A stretch of DNA of 64,000 nucleotides from Octopus sinensis (GCF_006345805.1 NC_042999.1:172236001-172300000), one strand, 5' to 3'. Positions 1 through 15,472 are shown, counted from the first letter of the stretch. Notes: a model not told the origin generated them from the sequence alone. Numbers and translations: made by a program.

Positions 1-749
1 AATAAGATTATACACAATCCGAGCGTCTAGACAATTTTGTGTATCTACAAGCAAATTACCTTTTAAAGATGTGTTTTAATAAATTGATAATACTAATCGA
101 AACGCATAGTTACTAAATTAATGCAGCTTTTGTTATGTAGAAATGGCTGGTATATTTTCAGTGGTCTTATGTAGCACAGCATGTATGCCAAAAGTGTGAC
201 AATGGAAGCCTGGCCAGTTTTTATTACGATTTTAAATGTGGTCAGTTTTATCACTAGTGACTATTGCTTAAATACGAAAGGTACTTTGCTTCATCTCCTG
301 CTGTGAATATTCAAATAACAGCCTTATTAATGTAAGTAATGTAGAAGAGGATTTATTAATATTTGTTATGTTCTTCAATCCCAATTTAGATGAAATTCTT
401 TCGTCAAGAGTAATTTGTTTCACCTACCGCCATTTCCATCTGGATTTCGAATTATAAATGGCTGATTAAAAATATTTTATTTTATGATCACATGATCACT
501 CGAACACAGAATTCATACAAAGAAAACCATTTACTTCTTGGCGATTCAGGTTAATGAACCTGTTTTTGCAAATTCAGCCTATAATTAATTGTGGAAGAAA
601 ATAATGCCATAATTAAAGAGATCGTTTGTTTTTTCAGAAGTAATAAAATTGTTTAAATATTTCCAAGCTTAAACGTGAGGCAGTGTTTAAGGCATACTAC
701 ATGTCGAGATATAAATATATGCAATAGAAACCAAATATTTTGTTGTATC

Positions 750-1134
750 TTTTACTTCTTTTAATTATTAGAAGGTGGCCATGCTGGAAGACCACCTTCA
801 AAAATTATAGTCGAACGAATCAGCCCCAGTACTTACGTCTTTTTTTATGAACAGTTCTTATAATATTGATCTATTTTGACGCTATTCTACGAGGCCTTAA
901 GCACAATAACTCGGCTTTCAAGCACAATGACACACGCACACACACAGACGTATACACGCTAACACATATATACACACGTATATATACACGACGACCGGAC
1001 TTCTTTCAGTTTACGTCGACAAGGCTTTGGTCGACGCGAAGCTATACTAAAAGACCCCTGTCCAAGATGTCACGTAGAGAGACTGAACCTAGAACCACGT
1101 GGCTGTGAAATAGCTACCACACAACCACCCCTGC
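750..1134 (-). mobile_element. tRNA-derived SINE family A (octopus-type, CORE-like centre), degenerate copy
   Basis: Reverse complement resembles the copies at 17863-18240 and 60799-61268 (head, cttggacagg~cttgggcaag, gaaactgaaagaagcc, 3' ccagcatggcc). Confidence 0.7.
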
Positions 1135-2347
1135 GCTGGGTGTCAAGTTGCAAAATGGCATCCGGTATCCACTCAGCCGGGCCAGAGGCGCTCTGAAAGA
1201 CACCCCAGTTGTAACGTTAGAGCCAGCCTTACACATGCTGAGGCATATGAGCCATCACAGCAACAACCTCGTTCCCCATGCAAGTCAGGGCGTCTAGCGG
1301 CTTCATGCTCTTCGATTTAGTTTTATACTATATATACTTTTTAATAATTACCATCTATATACATATAACTCCAAGGTTGTACTAAATGCACATTCGCTTC
1401 TTATACATATGTTATACTTTTAGGGAGAATTAGGTACTTTTTAATGTATAATATATATCTTGAAGCACACTAATAACGAGATACTTTTCACTTGAAGATT
1501 ATTCACGAAAAAATAACAGAATAGCAGACTCCAAATTCTTATATTATATATTAATACAATCGATTATTCCCACGTTCGTAATTTCTGTTCATGCGCTACC
1601 TGTCGCCTTACATTTGATTCTTATTATTGATATTATAATCTATGTGTTGTGAGTGTAGTACTGGAAATTTGCTTTTCTGTACTCTTTCGAATAACTGAAA
1701 ATTATGTTTCCTTTCCTCTCAAATTTGTGTATACGCAATGGCAGTGTTTTATTCAACATACTCACCTAATACAACATCACCTGAAGTTAACAAGAGATTC
1801 TCTAAAATTATAATTGAAAATTCCAAGAGTAGCTGCATTCACATGATACTCTTATTAATTTCATACTGAAAGTTTAGATTTACTCTTTAATTGTGAAGTC
1901 CGCTAACTTCATATATCTGGGATATTACTCTCCGAGCTTACATAAGGTATAATGGGACCGAGATACAATATACACAGCCAACGTTGGTTGTATGTAAGCG
2001 AAGAAGAGTAAGTAAACATAATTTCTAAACAAGTTCTAACCAAAATAGTCATAACTGGAACGGTTTGTATGATAGAATCACTTCAGGGCATTACCATGAG
2101 CCTAAGTAAGGAACATTAACACAATTGTGTTTCCCCGTCAATTCATTCCTTAAATGCCATGTCACAAGCAGACAATGGGATGAAGCATTATTGCTACATA
2201 GTATCTCTCAACGTTCTATATCCAATTTGCAACTGATTTATTTTGAGATAATATTTGCTTTGATTACAGTTGTATCAGAATAGTTAGCATCTCTTCAATG
2301 TAATATAATGTACTTCCATGTATGTATATGTGTATGTATCACAATAT

Positions 2348-2378
<31 letters not shown>

Positions 2379-3177
2379 TTAAATTAGAGATAAAAACCAC
2401 TATTAGGCAAATCAAACAGTGAAAATCATAAGCCAATACATAGAAAAAAAATAATTAAAAAATATAAAATATAAATATAAAAAATATAAAAAGTAAAATT
2501 CCAAATTAAAATATTTAGATTAAAGTTAAAATTTAAAAAATTATTTAAATAATTTAAACTTATAAATTTTAAATATATATATATTTGTGATACAAAACCT
2601 CGCTAAGCTAAGTATATATATTTATATTTAAGATCTTTGAATTTTAATATTTTATATTATATAATATTTTATATGGTTAAAATTCGAAGAATTAAACTAC
2701 GTTAAACTTACAAATTACAATTTTCTCAAAAAAGCCAAATGAAAATAATGTTTTCTTTTCACACATTCTACCAGTATACGAAGTTTCAAATTGTTTAGTT
2801 TAACTAGAAATTGTGTTGAATTCCGTCCATCAAAAGGAAAAGATCCCAGATATATTCTACAAACTCAACTCCATTTTGACACAAACTGGTTTCGAGAGCC
2901 AATAGAATTTCTCATTTATATTTAAATTTTTGCAATGCCAGTTTTTTGTATTTTGCATTCTATGCAAGCTGTTAAGATGCTAGAGGACAATGTGAAATAC
3001 TGGAATATTGAGTCATAAACTTAGTTGCAGGATCGCCTAGATAATTACAAGACGTTATCTCAAATATCCAGGATATAATAGTGCGCCGTATTATTTAGTG
3101 GAGGAGAAAATTTTGAATTTCATTCGACATGTATTCTACTTATAAAAAAAGTAAAATTGTTGATACAAAATTACGTG

Positions 3178-3303
<126 letters not shown>

Positions 3304-4130
3304 GGAATGGATGCAGTGGGCTGAGCGATAAGCCAGATTCTTGAAATACTGAGTCTAATCTTTCCACTCAACTGAGAAAACTAGAGAAATTGAAGTTATG
3401 TTAGATCTGAAAATACTTTTTCCTCACGCGTGTGCTATACTACAATAGTTTATCATGTGACTTTTATCAGTAGTATCGTATGTAACTTTTATCTGCCTCA
3501 CACGTACATAATCAAAACGGGACCAAAATCAAAAGGAGTACAAAATAATTCTCTCTGGGAATATGTATAAATCATCTGCAAATTTCTTCAACAAGAGCAA
3601 AGAAACTTCTATGACACAGAAATGCCACATATCTTAAGAAACCCTACGAAGTATTCCTAGCTGAATGCAATGTTCCAATATAGACTTAACCGTATGGCTA
3701 AAAAAATGAAGAACTTAAAAAGCTTCTACTTATATAGATACGTATAGAGGAAAAGAAAATATACCAGTTTTATTTCCGACTTTTATATTATTATAGATAT
3801 CATCTGAAGTAATCGGTATTCAATAACATTTCAAAGATAACAGAATTACAAGCCACATAAACCATCGACATAAAAGCTGTTATCAAACAACCTTTGATAT
3901 TACACATCATTGTTTAGCTTGATTAGCATCTACTCATTTGCCCTAGCATGAGTTTATTGAAACATAGACGTGGAGCGTAATTTATTTAACTTGCTATCAA
4001 AGCCATGTAACCTTCATTTGTATTTTTTTACTTCATTATGCGTCTTGTCGTGGTTTTTTTTTCTAAAAATGGAAGCAAAATACGGATTAATTCGTATACA
4101 CAAATATGTGATGTGTATGTGAGTTAAAAC

Positions 4131-4223
<93 letters not shown>

Positions 4224-4591
4224 CGTTTTTATATGTATGTATGTATGTATATATATATATATGTGTGTGTGTTTTTATATGTATGTACATATATATATTC
4301 ATATATAAGTGCGTGTGTGAGTGTGAGTGTCTGTGTCTACATATATGCGAGGGAGCAAATATATATTGGTAATAAGTTGAAGAAACAAAAATGCAAAAAC
4401 TAGGAACTCAGTATGATATTGAGATCTGTCATATTTAATGGTACTGTAAAATATCGCTGAGGATAATTTTCCATTTTGTGTTCGTGATCAAGCTAGTAAT
4501 TACACATAACTGTACACACTCCTAGAGTGAATCACATACATAATACACACATAGAAATATACAAATATTCATACATACATACATACATATG

Positions 4592-4702
<111 letters not shown>

Positions 4703-4719
4703 ATATATATATATATATC

Positions 4720-4812
4720 ATAGTCGTCAACTGAACTTGACTAAGTGTATAAACAGTACTTATATTGGTAAAATGTTATTTGCACACTTAGTCAAGTTTA
4801 GCTGACGACTAT
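4720..4812. mobile_element. Mini inverted-repeat element (MITE-like), 29-bp TIRs
   Basis: 4720-4748 atagtcgtcaactgaacttgactaagtgt versus the reverse complement of 4784-4812 atagtcgtcagctaaacttgactaagtgt: 2 mismatches. TA at both ends. Confidence 0.65.
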
Positions 4813-5449
4813 AATTTTCCTTTACAGTATAACGTTGAAACAGCTTTTTATTAATTTTAGTATATGCTTATATTTTTATGGTGAAAATACATATACTCTC
4901 ATAGGCGAACTATATTGGAGCATTTTATCCCCTCTTTCTAGCATTATAGTCTATGGGGATTACAAAGGTACGGCATCTCGGAAAACTTACTCTGATCGTT
5001 CTGATAAGAATAAAATGTGATTTCTTCTAAAGTTACCCCTCAATAATCCAACCGATCAATACCAGGTTGTACCTGGATTCCGTTCAAACCAACAGAACTA
5101 GATCTTGCCTGCAAGGTCTTTCTCTTAATGTTTGGAAATGACGTATATGTCAGTTAGAATGGGGTCGAGTTAACTGATGTCTCCATAAGCTAGTATGGCA
5201 GTACTCTGTCGGACACATTCATACCTTTGCATATTCAAAACTTCAAAAAAAATATTCACTGCTACTAAATATGAAATTTAGAGGGAATGGATACATGTTT
5301 TTAATCTTGATAGATTTAGGAAAAACGCCCACAATTCATTTATGAAATGGGGTCAATATTTGTCCCCACTTAAACGCTGATGTTCTTTTAAAGCAAACAT
5401 TACTGCAGTACATATCATGAGAAAAAACTCTCATTTTGTTTTTTTGGTG

Positions 5450-5527
5450 AACAAAATGGCGGTGCCCCAGCATGGCCACAGCTCATGAGCTGAAACTGGA
5501 ATCAATCAATCAATCAATCAATCAATA
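5450..5527 (+). mobile_element. Isolated 3' tail of CR1-group LINE/SINE followed by (ATCA)n
   Basis: ggcggtgccccagcatggccacagctcatgagctgaaac resembles the tails at 47290-47322 and 54122-54160. Confidence 0.6.
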
Positions 5528-5990
5528 CTCACTTGATAAATCACCGCCATCTCCGAGACCACCAGAACAGGTGATTTCTTTGTTCTCATCAATGATGGAC
5601 GCTATACAATTCAAGAAAATAAAACTCATAGCAGACACAGTTGACCAATAGCACTGAAAAATGGAAATCGTTTCCAAAATTATATTATACTTTGTGATAA
5701 AACACTGGATTTTCGAAAATGAATTGTGAAATTCTATATGGTAAATTAGAGTTTTAGTCCAAGGTTTGTGAACTAAATAACACTAAAATATAATAAAGCA
5801 TAGTGAGTTTTGACTGGTATCACTGGAATTATATTTCAAGAACTAAAACCTTCGAATGTGGACTTATGGAGACTGAAAATTCAAACTCACATGTCAATTG
5901 CGGTTCAAACAGGTAAAATTAAAATGTATAATACTTTACAATTTTTTAAAAATCAAGTCACCGACGAACGCACAACCTAGAGATGCTTTT

Positions 5991-6244
5991 ATGGAAGACC
6001 AGCAGTCATCCATGCGTAGCAGCACCCGTTCTCCACTCCACTAACGTTATCCAAGGGAAAGGCAAAGCCGATAGAGCTTGGCACCAGTGACGTCGTAACT
6101 CATTTCTAGAGCTGAGTGAAATAGAGCAACGTGAATATAAAGGGTCTTGCTCAAGAACACAACACGTAGTCCGATCCAGAAATCGAACTCACCAAGCGAT
6201 CGATAGTAAGCTCGACGCTCTAATCACTGAGCTATGCGCCTTCA
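5991..6244 (-). mobile_element. tRNA-derived SINE family D
   Basis: Minus strand starts gaaggcgcatagctcagtgattagagc (A box) ... gagttcgatttc (B box), then gtgttcttgagcaagaccc, a V/CORE-like central motif. Confidence 0.8.
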
Positions 6245-6294
6245 TATATAAAATATACGTATGTGTGTGTATATATGTATATTCTCTTATACCG

Positions 6295-6781
<487 letters not shown>

Positions 6782-6851
6782 GAGTGTAATTATGTATGTA
6801 TGTGTGTAATTATGTATGCATGTATGTTTGTATGTGTATGAATATTTATGG

Positions 6852-7040
6852 TGAGGCAAGGTTGCACAAGCGATAGCACACCGGGAAAATAGATAGCAGC
6901 AATTCGTCCGTCTGCATGTTCTGAGTTAAATTCCGCTGTGGTCTAGTTTGTCTCTCAGTCTTTCAGAATCTACAAAATAAATATTAGTCAGTATGCACCC
7001 TCCCTCTATCTTGCTTGTCTTACGTTAAAATTTGAAACCA
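6852..7040 (+). mobile_element. SINE family B, degenerate
   Basis: ttcgtccgtctgcatgttctgagttaaattccgc resembles the family B body at 14529-14745. Confidence 0.55.
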
Positions 7041-7769
7041 ATGCGAATGTGTGTGTGCCTCTGCCTGTGTGCGAGTGTGTGTCCATGCGTATGTATGTAC
7101 ATATGTATGCAGATATGAATGTAGTTAGGTTGGTAGGTAGGTAGTTAGGTGGGCGGGTGGTAAGGTAGGTATGTATACGTGTGTATATATATGTGTATAT
7201 ATATATGTATATATATATATATATGTATATATATTAAATATATATATATATATATATACCACGTGCACGTGCTCTTACAGACACTCACGAGAACTTGGTG
7301 TATCAATAATTTTGTACACGAGCATCTGGCCGTATACGTGTGTATCAATATATGCGAGTACGTGCTATTTAAAAGAATTTTATAGCTCATCTAGAAAGCG
7401 GACAATTATGCACGACTGATTGCGTTATATTATATTAGCGGACGGCAAATGATGAAGAGTAGGTTGTAGTCTTTCGAAATTAATTAATTGCCCCCCCCCC
7501 ACAATCGATTAGGTTCATCAAGATAATCAATCCCGATATATGAAAAGGTATTGACAGATTCATGAAGTAAGTAACTCACTTGTCACAATTCTTCAGTAAA
7601 ACTGAATAAATATATTCTCTCTGTGCTTCGTTCTCTTGCGTATATATCTAAGTATGTTTGTATAAATCTCCACGTACATACATTTAGACATGCATACACA
7701 CTCTCACGAACGCGCACCAACGCGCGCGCGCACGCACAAATACATACACACGGGTACACACACACACAC

Positions 7770-7826
<57 letters not shown>

Positions 7827-8002
7827 CTAACTTTAGGAAAGTCAAGTAAAATTCAACCGAATTGAAAGTGCTCTTTTTCATCATATCGTTTACATGATGT
7901 ACTTTAAAGCTACAACTCGTCTGATATTTTTTCCTTTACAGCTAATGAAGATCATTAATATATTAGCACATTAATATATTAGTAAAATAAATTCTGCCTA
8001 TT

Positions 8003-8093
<91 letters not shown>

Positions 8094-9041
8094 GTATATA
8101 TATATATATACATATATTTATGTATATATATATATATATATATATTATATATGTATGTATGTATGTATGTATATATGCATGTTTGTATATACGTATATTC
8201 CAGGATTATTAGGACACGCTTATAGATACTGTTATATTGCAAGACGTACATTTAACTCCCAGTATTTTGCTGCATTGCACATTAGCAAATATAATCCAAC
8301 CAATATATATGAATTTTAAACACACCTCTAAACGATCATTATCATAAAGATGGAAAAAATTCCTCTCTCTACCATCAGAAATTTTTGTAAAATATATATA
8401 TCGAGTTCTCTAATGATGCACTGTTAATCCCTTGTGTGCTCACACAGACACATACACATACACTGTGTTTCTGTATTGATTTGTACATTCATACAAATTA
8501 CGCTATAAACTGCGGTAGTTGTCCTCAAAAATTATGTCTATAAGTCGAACAATACTAAAAAAAACACAAATCACAATCACGTGACACTATATTCCTACCA
8601 CCAGCGCTGATGAAATTATTCTGCCCACATAATCTCTACTTCTTAGCTCTATTCGCCCATACAATATGATTTCCCAGAATGGTTACTGGTGTTTGAGGCG
8701 TTTACAAAGCACAACCAAATTAAGCTGGCTGTAAAAATTGATATTCGTTACAAAGATTGCTTTCCGGCGTTTATGGTTATATTACCCTCAGCCCACCACT
8801 TTCTTGCAACATCGTTGATTGTTTAATCAGTATTAAAGTATATTGGTTTGATGTGATTTCGGCCAAGTCTTCGGTGTTTAGGTGACTATTGCAGATAATG
8901 CGAAATTACGCTAACATCATGTGATAAAATAAACCTGACACTCTATGTCCCAGTAAAATTTGTACTTTTATATATGTTATATATATATATATGTATGTAT
9001 TTCTTCAGTTTATCTCACAGATTATTAATTGTATTTGTTAT

Positions 9042-9410
9042 GGAGGCGCAATGGCCCAGTGTTTAGGGCAGCGGACTCGCGGTCGTAGGATCGCGGTTTC
9101 GATTCCCAGACCGGGCGTTGTGAGTGTTTATTGAGCGAAAACACCTAGAACTCCACGAGGCTCCGGCAGAGGATGGTGGTGATCCCTGCTGTACTCTTTC
9201 ACCACAACTTTCTCTTACTTCCTGTTTCTGTTGTACCTGTATTTCAAAGGGCCGGCCTTGTCACGCTCTGTGTCACGCTGAATATCCCCGAGAACTACGG
9301 TAAGGGTACACGTGTCGTGGAGTGCTCAGCCACTTACACGTTAATTTCACGAGCAGGCTGTTCCGTTGATCGGATCAACCGGAACCCTCGTCGTCGTAAC
9401 CGACGGAGAG
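9042..9410 (+). mobile_element. tRNA-derived SINE family C, full length
   Basis: ggaggcgcaatggcccagtgtttagggc (A box), ggtttcgattccc (B box), followed by a ~300-bp GC-rich body. Confidence 0.85.
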
Positions 9411-10649
9411 CTTCTCTAATTGCATTTGTTAGATAAATAGTTTGAAACTTCGTATACTCGTGGAATTTCTCACGCTGAACACGGTTTACTTTTGCAAAAT
9501 ATTTGACAAAATTTTGTATTTTAGAAGTTATTTCGTTTTAAAGTTGTATTTGGGTAATTTTTAAAATCAACGTTGTGTATTCATCTGAAGAATGCTACTG
9601 CTCTATGCGATTGTAATCGAAGAGCAACAACTTCCGAGTCATCTCTACTTAATGTCAACACCCTGTTCTATTTTATTTTTGTTTATTTCCTGTGTTGCAT
9701 ATGACACGTTTTTGTTTGGCTTTTTCATCACCGTTTTGTACATTTGCATTTACACCACGTATACAAAATTTCTTAAATTATATTTTCGTTCTCAATTTCA
9801 TTCATGGATGTATACGCACCTTCAATATATCTCACTTTAGCATATATCTAAAATAGAATTGGAAGAAAGTTTATAAACATACACTAAACACACTCTACCT
9901 CCATAAAACAGGAAGTTTCAATTCCCAAATACCTATCTATATACCTAGAGAGAAACAAATATATATATACAGCCTCTATTCAAATAGTTTTGGGAACATC
10001 AAATAACTAGAGAAGCAATTTTCTATACTAACAAAGCCATGACATACCTAACCCCAAACTTACACATGAAAATAGGAAACGCTCTCAATAACAAATAAAA
10101 ACAGGGCCAGCCTAAAATTACCGCCTGACTACATTCATTGTGAAAAAAGTTAAGAGTCCCATTTATTGAGAGGGTAAATACAGGACTTTCTACGTTTGAC
10201 ATGCATATTCTCAACGCCAGAGGATCAAATCCAATAATACCAAAAGCAACAGAATTACTGTAACACCTTGTGCCTACCTAACAAAAGATAAAGGCCTACA
10301 GGCTTGTTTACAAAATTCGACACGCATGAAAACATTCTGAACAATAACACAACCACAAATGTAATCTATAAAAACCTTTTCAAAGCAAACGTCCATACAA
10401 ACCTAATTACCACTCCACTAAAACCCATAAAGCAAAAGACGATTTTTAACTCACCAGCGACTGTATGATGGCAACACAAGCTCCAATGCATTCGACGATG
10501 GCTGAAACTGTGAAGCCACTTTAAAAAAAACTTGTATATGCGTAATATCTAATTTTTACTAAAATTATAAAGTAACCCAGCAGATTAATGAGAAATTGTT
10601 TTTATTATAACTGACAATAACATCAGTAATAAGTGTATGCGCGTACGTG

Positions 10650-10800
10650 TGTACAGCGGGCTTTCAATTTCCGTTAACCGAATCTATTCACAAGCTATAA
10701 GGTTATACTAGAAAACATCTCATATACAGTGGGACTGAACCCCGAACCATGTGAATGGGAAGGGGAGCAAATTCCTTAGCAGACACCATGCCTACGCCTA
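10650..10800 (-). mobile_element. SINE family A, degenerate 5' half
   Basis: cagtgggactgaaccccgaaccatgtg is the reverse complement of the family A B-box region. Confidence 0.6.
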
Positions 10801-10925
10801 TATATGTATGTGTGTCTATGTGAGTGTGTGTGTGTGTGTGCGGTAGTGTGTTTATGTATGTGTGTGTGCGTGTGTGTATTTATCTATATCAACTTTTTCA
10901 CCTATATATATAATATATATATATA

Positions 10926-10983
<58 letters not shown>

Positions 10984-11164
10984 GTATACACACATATATG
11001 GATATAAAGAGAGAGCCTATATGTATGTGCATGTATATATGTATGACAGAGTGTTCATATATGTATCATTCTGTTTCGTTTTTGTGTCATACGTAAATAC
11101 GTACAGATACTTACATAAGCAAACATTTTTTTATGTCCTTATGTTTGCCTGTGTTTTTATATAG

Positions 11165-11411
11165 CTTTTTCCGTAGGCTTTTCTTTCCACAGATAAACCT
11201 TATCTGCTTCTCCCTTTACACTTTACATCATGGCATCTCTGTGATACACGATCCCTAGTGATCGTTTTTATTTTCTCCTTTTTACGATCCCTTTTGATCG
11301 AAAACCTACCCCACAGTTTTTTCTTTTCTTTTCTTTTTTTTCTCCCCGAAAACAAAAGCTCTACCGTGTAATTTGTCCCGTCTGTGTTCAGCTGTGTGTG
11401 GCTAAAAAAGA

Positions 11412-11414
<3 letters not shown>
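11165..11414 (+). mobile_element. 3' UTR of Tx1/L1-like LINE (5'-truncated)
   Basis: Matches the reverse complement of 30959-31270 (ttttccgtaggcttttctttccac; tacgatcccttttgatcgaaa; aaaagctctacc.tgtaatttgt). Ends aagaaac, directly followed by (AT)n. Confidence 0.85.
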
Positions 11415-11508
<94 letters not shown>

Positions 11509-12057
11509 ATGTGTGTGCCTGACTTCATGCATTATATTAGTATAATTTTAATTGCTGTGCAAATCTCTGTTGGAACGTACGTATATTATGACAGATATTG
11601 ATTTTTGAACAATTCTAGATTTTACATATCTTTTCGCCTGGCCATAATATTGATTTCCATATTGTTGGAAGAAATTGAATGGATAAATAAATTTTGTTCT
11701 GCACCCGCATTTCATTCTAAATTATTTCTCGAAATGTCTTACGTATGGTTAGTGTATTCACTGTTATTATTTTGAAATCCTTTAGTAGTATTAGCATCAA
11801 TAGATTTTCTTTGTTTTAACATAATGGTCCAAGTATATGTTATCGCGCTTGTACATAATTCAAACTCTTCTTATCTGTACAAGAAACATTACGACTGATT
11901 AGATTTTTCAACCTAATTCCCTTCGAGCATAAATAGTATGAACTACAATAGATAATTTATGGTGTTTATAATTAAATACGTACTATACATATCATATAGA
12001 CTGTTCGCTTCCTAACTGCTTTTTCCTCACAATAATAATAACAATAAAACTAATAAT

Positions 12058-12270
12058 AATCCTTTCTAGTATAGGCACTAGGCTTGAAATTTCGGGGAGG
12101 GCGATATTCGATTACATCGACATCAGAGTTTCAATGGTAAGTGATTTATCGACTCCGAAAGGATGAAAGGCTCAGTCGACCTCGGCGGAATTTTGAACTC
12201 TGAACTTAGCGACGGGCGAAATACTGCTAAGCCTTTCGTCCAGCGTGCTAACGATCCTGCTAGTCCACCA
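12058..12270 (-). mobile_element. SINE family B with (ATT)n-type tail
   Basis: Reverse complement of the 14529-14745 family (gtcgacctcggcggaatttgaact). Confidence 0.85.
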
Positions 12271-12286
12271 ACTTAATACTACTACT

Positions 12287-12326
12287 ACTACTACTACTAA
12301 TAATAATAATAATAATAATATTAATG

Positions 12327-12367
<41 letters not shown>

Positions 12368-12419
12368 TATACAATTACAAGAAGAAAAGAAGAAGAAGAA
12401 GAAGAAGAAGAAGAAGAAG
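12287..12419. repeat. Compound (ACT)n-(AAT)n-(GAA)n microsatellite
   Basis: Direct. Confidence 0.95.
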
Positions 12420-12620
12420 ATTTGCTTCGATGTTTGACCTGAAACTGTTGAGCATGTCCTTTAGTGTCTCACGATATGTGCATCTCTGATCACGAGGAGA
12501 AACACTGGGGAATATTATAGCCATGTGTTGAGAGCAATTGTTTGGAGTTTGAATAATTCACTGCTGGAAACATAGGTGTTTCATTCAACATCCTTAAATA
12601 ACCTTTATTCAAGGACAATA
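12420..12620 (+). mobile_element. Fragment of the repeat family at 37740-38205 (probable LINE 3' UTR)
   Basis: Shares gttgagcatgtcc..gcatctctga..gtgttgagag..tttggagtttgaataattcac with 37825-37925. Confidence 0.7.
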
Positions 12621-12629
12621 CATATTACA

Positions 12630-13025
12630 TGCAGTTGTTGTCGTGTGGTAAGAAGTTTGCTTCCCAGCCACGTGGATCTGGTTTCAGTCCAGTTACGTGG
12701 CATCTTTGACACGTGCCTTCTACTATAGCCTCGGGTCAACCAAAGGATTGTGAGTGGATTTGTTAGGTGGAAACTAAAAGAAGCCCGTCGTATATATGAA
12801 ATATGTGTATATATGTGTGTGTCTTTGTGTCTGTATTTTCCTCTTAATACATCTTGAAAAACGGTATTGGTGTGTTTATGATACCATAATTAGCTGTTGT
12901 TAAAAGAGACCGATAGAATAAGTACTAGACTTTAAGAAACGTCCTTGGGTCGTTTTGTTCGACTAAAACTCTTCAAGGTGGTGCTCCAGTATGGCTGCTG
13001 TCAAATTACTGAAACAAAAGAATAA
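12630..13025 (+). mobile_element. SINE family A, full length, diverged
   Basis: Collinear with 17863-18240. Confidence 0.85.
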
Positions 13026-14528
13026 AAGAAAAAATACACATATAAGCACACATATATACATACAGAACAGACATTGACAATACAGGTGCACTCACTGACT
13101 AATGCACATATAAGTGTGTACAACGTAAGAATTTTTTCAATTAAAGATAAATACATGTATAGCGTGTTTCTAATGAGAATGAAACACTGCATATATGTGC
13201 ATATAAATGCCGTTTGAATTATATATTATTATTATATATTTCAACATTACATATCCTCTACACGTATTCTTTATTTAGACAAACCTATTGTAATATTACT
13301 TGATACTTACCTAAATATTCAAAGGTGAATGATTTTCTTGATGGCCTGAGTTAAAGAACACAATAGTTTAGGAGAGTTAAATAACTTTTAGCTATATACA
13401 TGTTGACCTATATTATATCAATTCACTCTTTTATTCGACCTATATTTTTTCTAAAGTTCCTCATTAATTAGAACGTTTTATTTTAAATCTGCTCGTTGTT
13501 TCATTACAACACAAATTAATTTCATTCGTTAACTTGCAGTTTTTTGTTTGTTTGCTTTTGTATTTCATTACATTGTATTGTTTTAATTTTGGATGAAACA
13601 AATTATTTTGTAGAGGTATGTATCTCATTAAATATCGGCACATTTTCTTTTAAAATCTCGTTGAATAAATGGCTGCTCACATTTGCAATTTCCAGTTTTG
13701 TGTGCCGAAAAGATTAATGAGATTGATTTTCTCAAAAGCATATTCTGCTGACTATTTTCCTCACATGTCTACTATCTCATTATTTTATACATATCCTACA
13801 ATATATTTCCACTTACAATGGAGACAAACTGTCTCCATTCATTGGTTGTTTATATATTTCTGTGGATTGCATTATATCTTGTTATAGTACCCAAATAAAA
13901 CAAAATATACGGTAATGCTGTTTTATAGTTGCAAGTCGCAGCTATATATTATTTTAGAACCAAAACGTTTTTGTAGCATGTTGTTACTGTATATATATTG
14001 TACGCACTTCTTTATTATTTATGTATTTATAGAAATGAATCGATTAAAATGTAACTCTGTTATCCACTCGTTCATTAGATTTCCATTAAGCCCAAATCTG
14101 CACGCAATAAAATGTTTTGTCTTTATGAATTACTATACTTATATTTACAGGAGAATATTTGGGAATAGTGAATATTTAATAGTTCAAATCCGTGAAACAT
14201 ATAATATTTCTCTATATTATGTTTTTGTAGATATTTTAATTCATAAAAAACTTTGTACCACATGAGTGTTTTTTTAACATTCGTACACTGCATGTCACCG
14301 TAATCGGGAAGCTATATTTTATATGGAAGATATATAATAATAGGGCAGACTATCATAAGTTTTGGAAATCATGTACTTTAATCTGAAAATAGGGTTTACA
14401 AGGGACTCTATGGGAAATAAATTTGTATCTCCATGAAGAAATACAATTCCGAGCATAGAATTTTTCAACAAAATTACATATTTATACATGTACATCACAT
14501 AAATATATAACATTATTTACACATAGAA

Positions 14529-14745
14529 TGGCGGCGAGTTGGCAGAATCGTTAGCTCGTCGGACGTAGCACGTAACGACATTTCGTCCGTCTTTCCTTTC
14601 TGTGTTCAAATTTCACCGAGGCCGACTTTGCCTTTCTTCATTTCGGGGTCGATAAATTAAGTACCAATCAAATACCGGAGCCAATATACTTGACTATTCC
14701 TCCTCCCTACAAATTTCAGGCCTTGTGACTTTAATAGAAACAATT
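14529..14745 (+). mobile_element. tRNA-derived SINE family B
   Basis: ggcggcgagttggcagaatcgttag (A box), gttcaaatttc (B box), gactttgcctttc..cggggtcgataaattaagtacca body, ggccttgtg tail. Confidence 0.85.
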
Positions 14746-15116
14746 ACTTACACATAAATACAAATGCATATATATTTGATAGCTGTGTTAAATAACGAAT
14801 AAAATCAAACGCTTTTATGAAAATATCCACTACTGCTACTGACAGAATGTATTGTATAGATATAGTGACTGCAGCTTCATTTTCGCGTTTTGTGACTGTA
14901 CTCAAAATGTGAAGAATAGAGTGGGCTCGTAAATATTTAAGAAATCTCGTAAAGTATATATCTAGGGGTGTGCATGCACATGATACTCAAAGTAACATTT
15001 TCATAGATTTTTTTGTGTGTGTGTGTGTGTTTAAACAATCTGCACATTTTATATTGTTCAAAGTTTGAATGAGCCTAGTGAAAAGGAAACTGCAGTCACA
15101 GTCAACTAATAAGTAT

Positions 15117-15258
15117 TTGTCTGTATTTCACTCACAAGGCTTTGGTCTGCCAGAGGTTCTAGTAAAAAACACTTGCTCAATGTGCCACGCTGTTGGAGTG
15201 AACCCAGAAGCACGTAGCTAGGACGCAAGCTTCTTACCACACACCCAGTCCTGCGCCT
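15117..15258 (-). mobile_element. SINE family A, 5' half
   Basis: Reverse complement of the family A head. Confidence 0.8.
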
Positions 15259-15339
15259 ATATATCGATATAGATATAATATATTCCATAATATATTTCAT
15301 TATAAATATGTGTATGTATGCGTGTTTGGATGTGTGCAC

Positions 15340-15411
<72 letters not shown>

Positions 15412-15413
15412 AC

Positions 15414-15426
15414 GAGATAGATAGAT

Positions 15427-15472
<46 letters not shown>

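Noticed and set aside
2354-2700. AT-rich hairpin or pLTR-like segment
   Set aside because: The inverted similarity is explained by low complexity.
9042-9115. tRNA gene
   Set aside because: A and B boxes are present, but there is no convincing cloverleaf or acceptor stem and it runs into a SINE body. The same applies to the other SINE heads.
10020-10520. Possible Penelope remnant (A/C-rich strand)
   Set aside because: No diagnostic motif could be translated with confidence.
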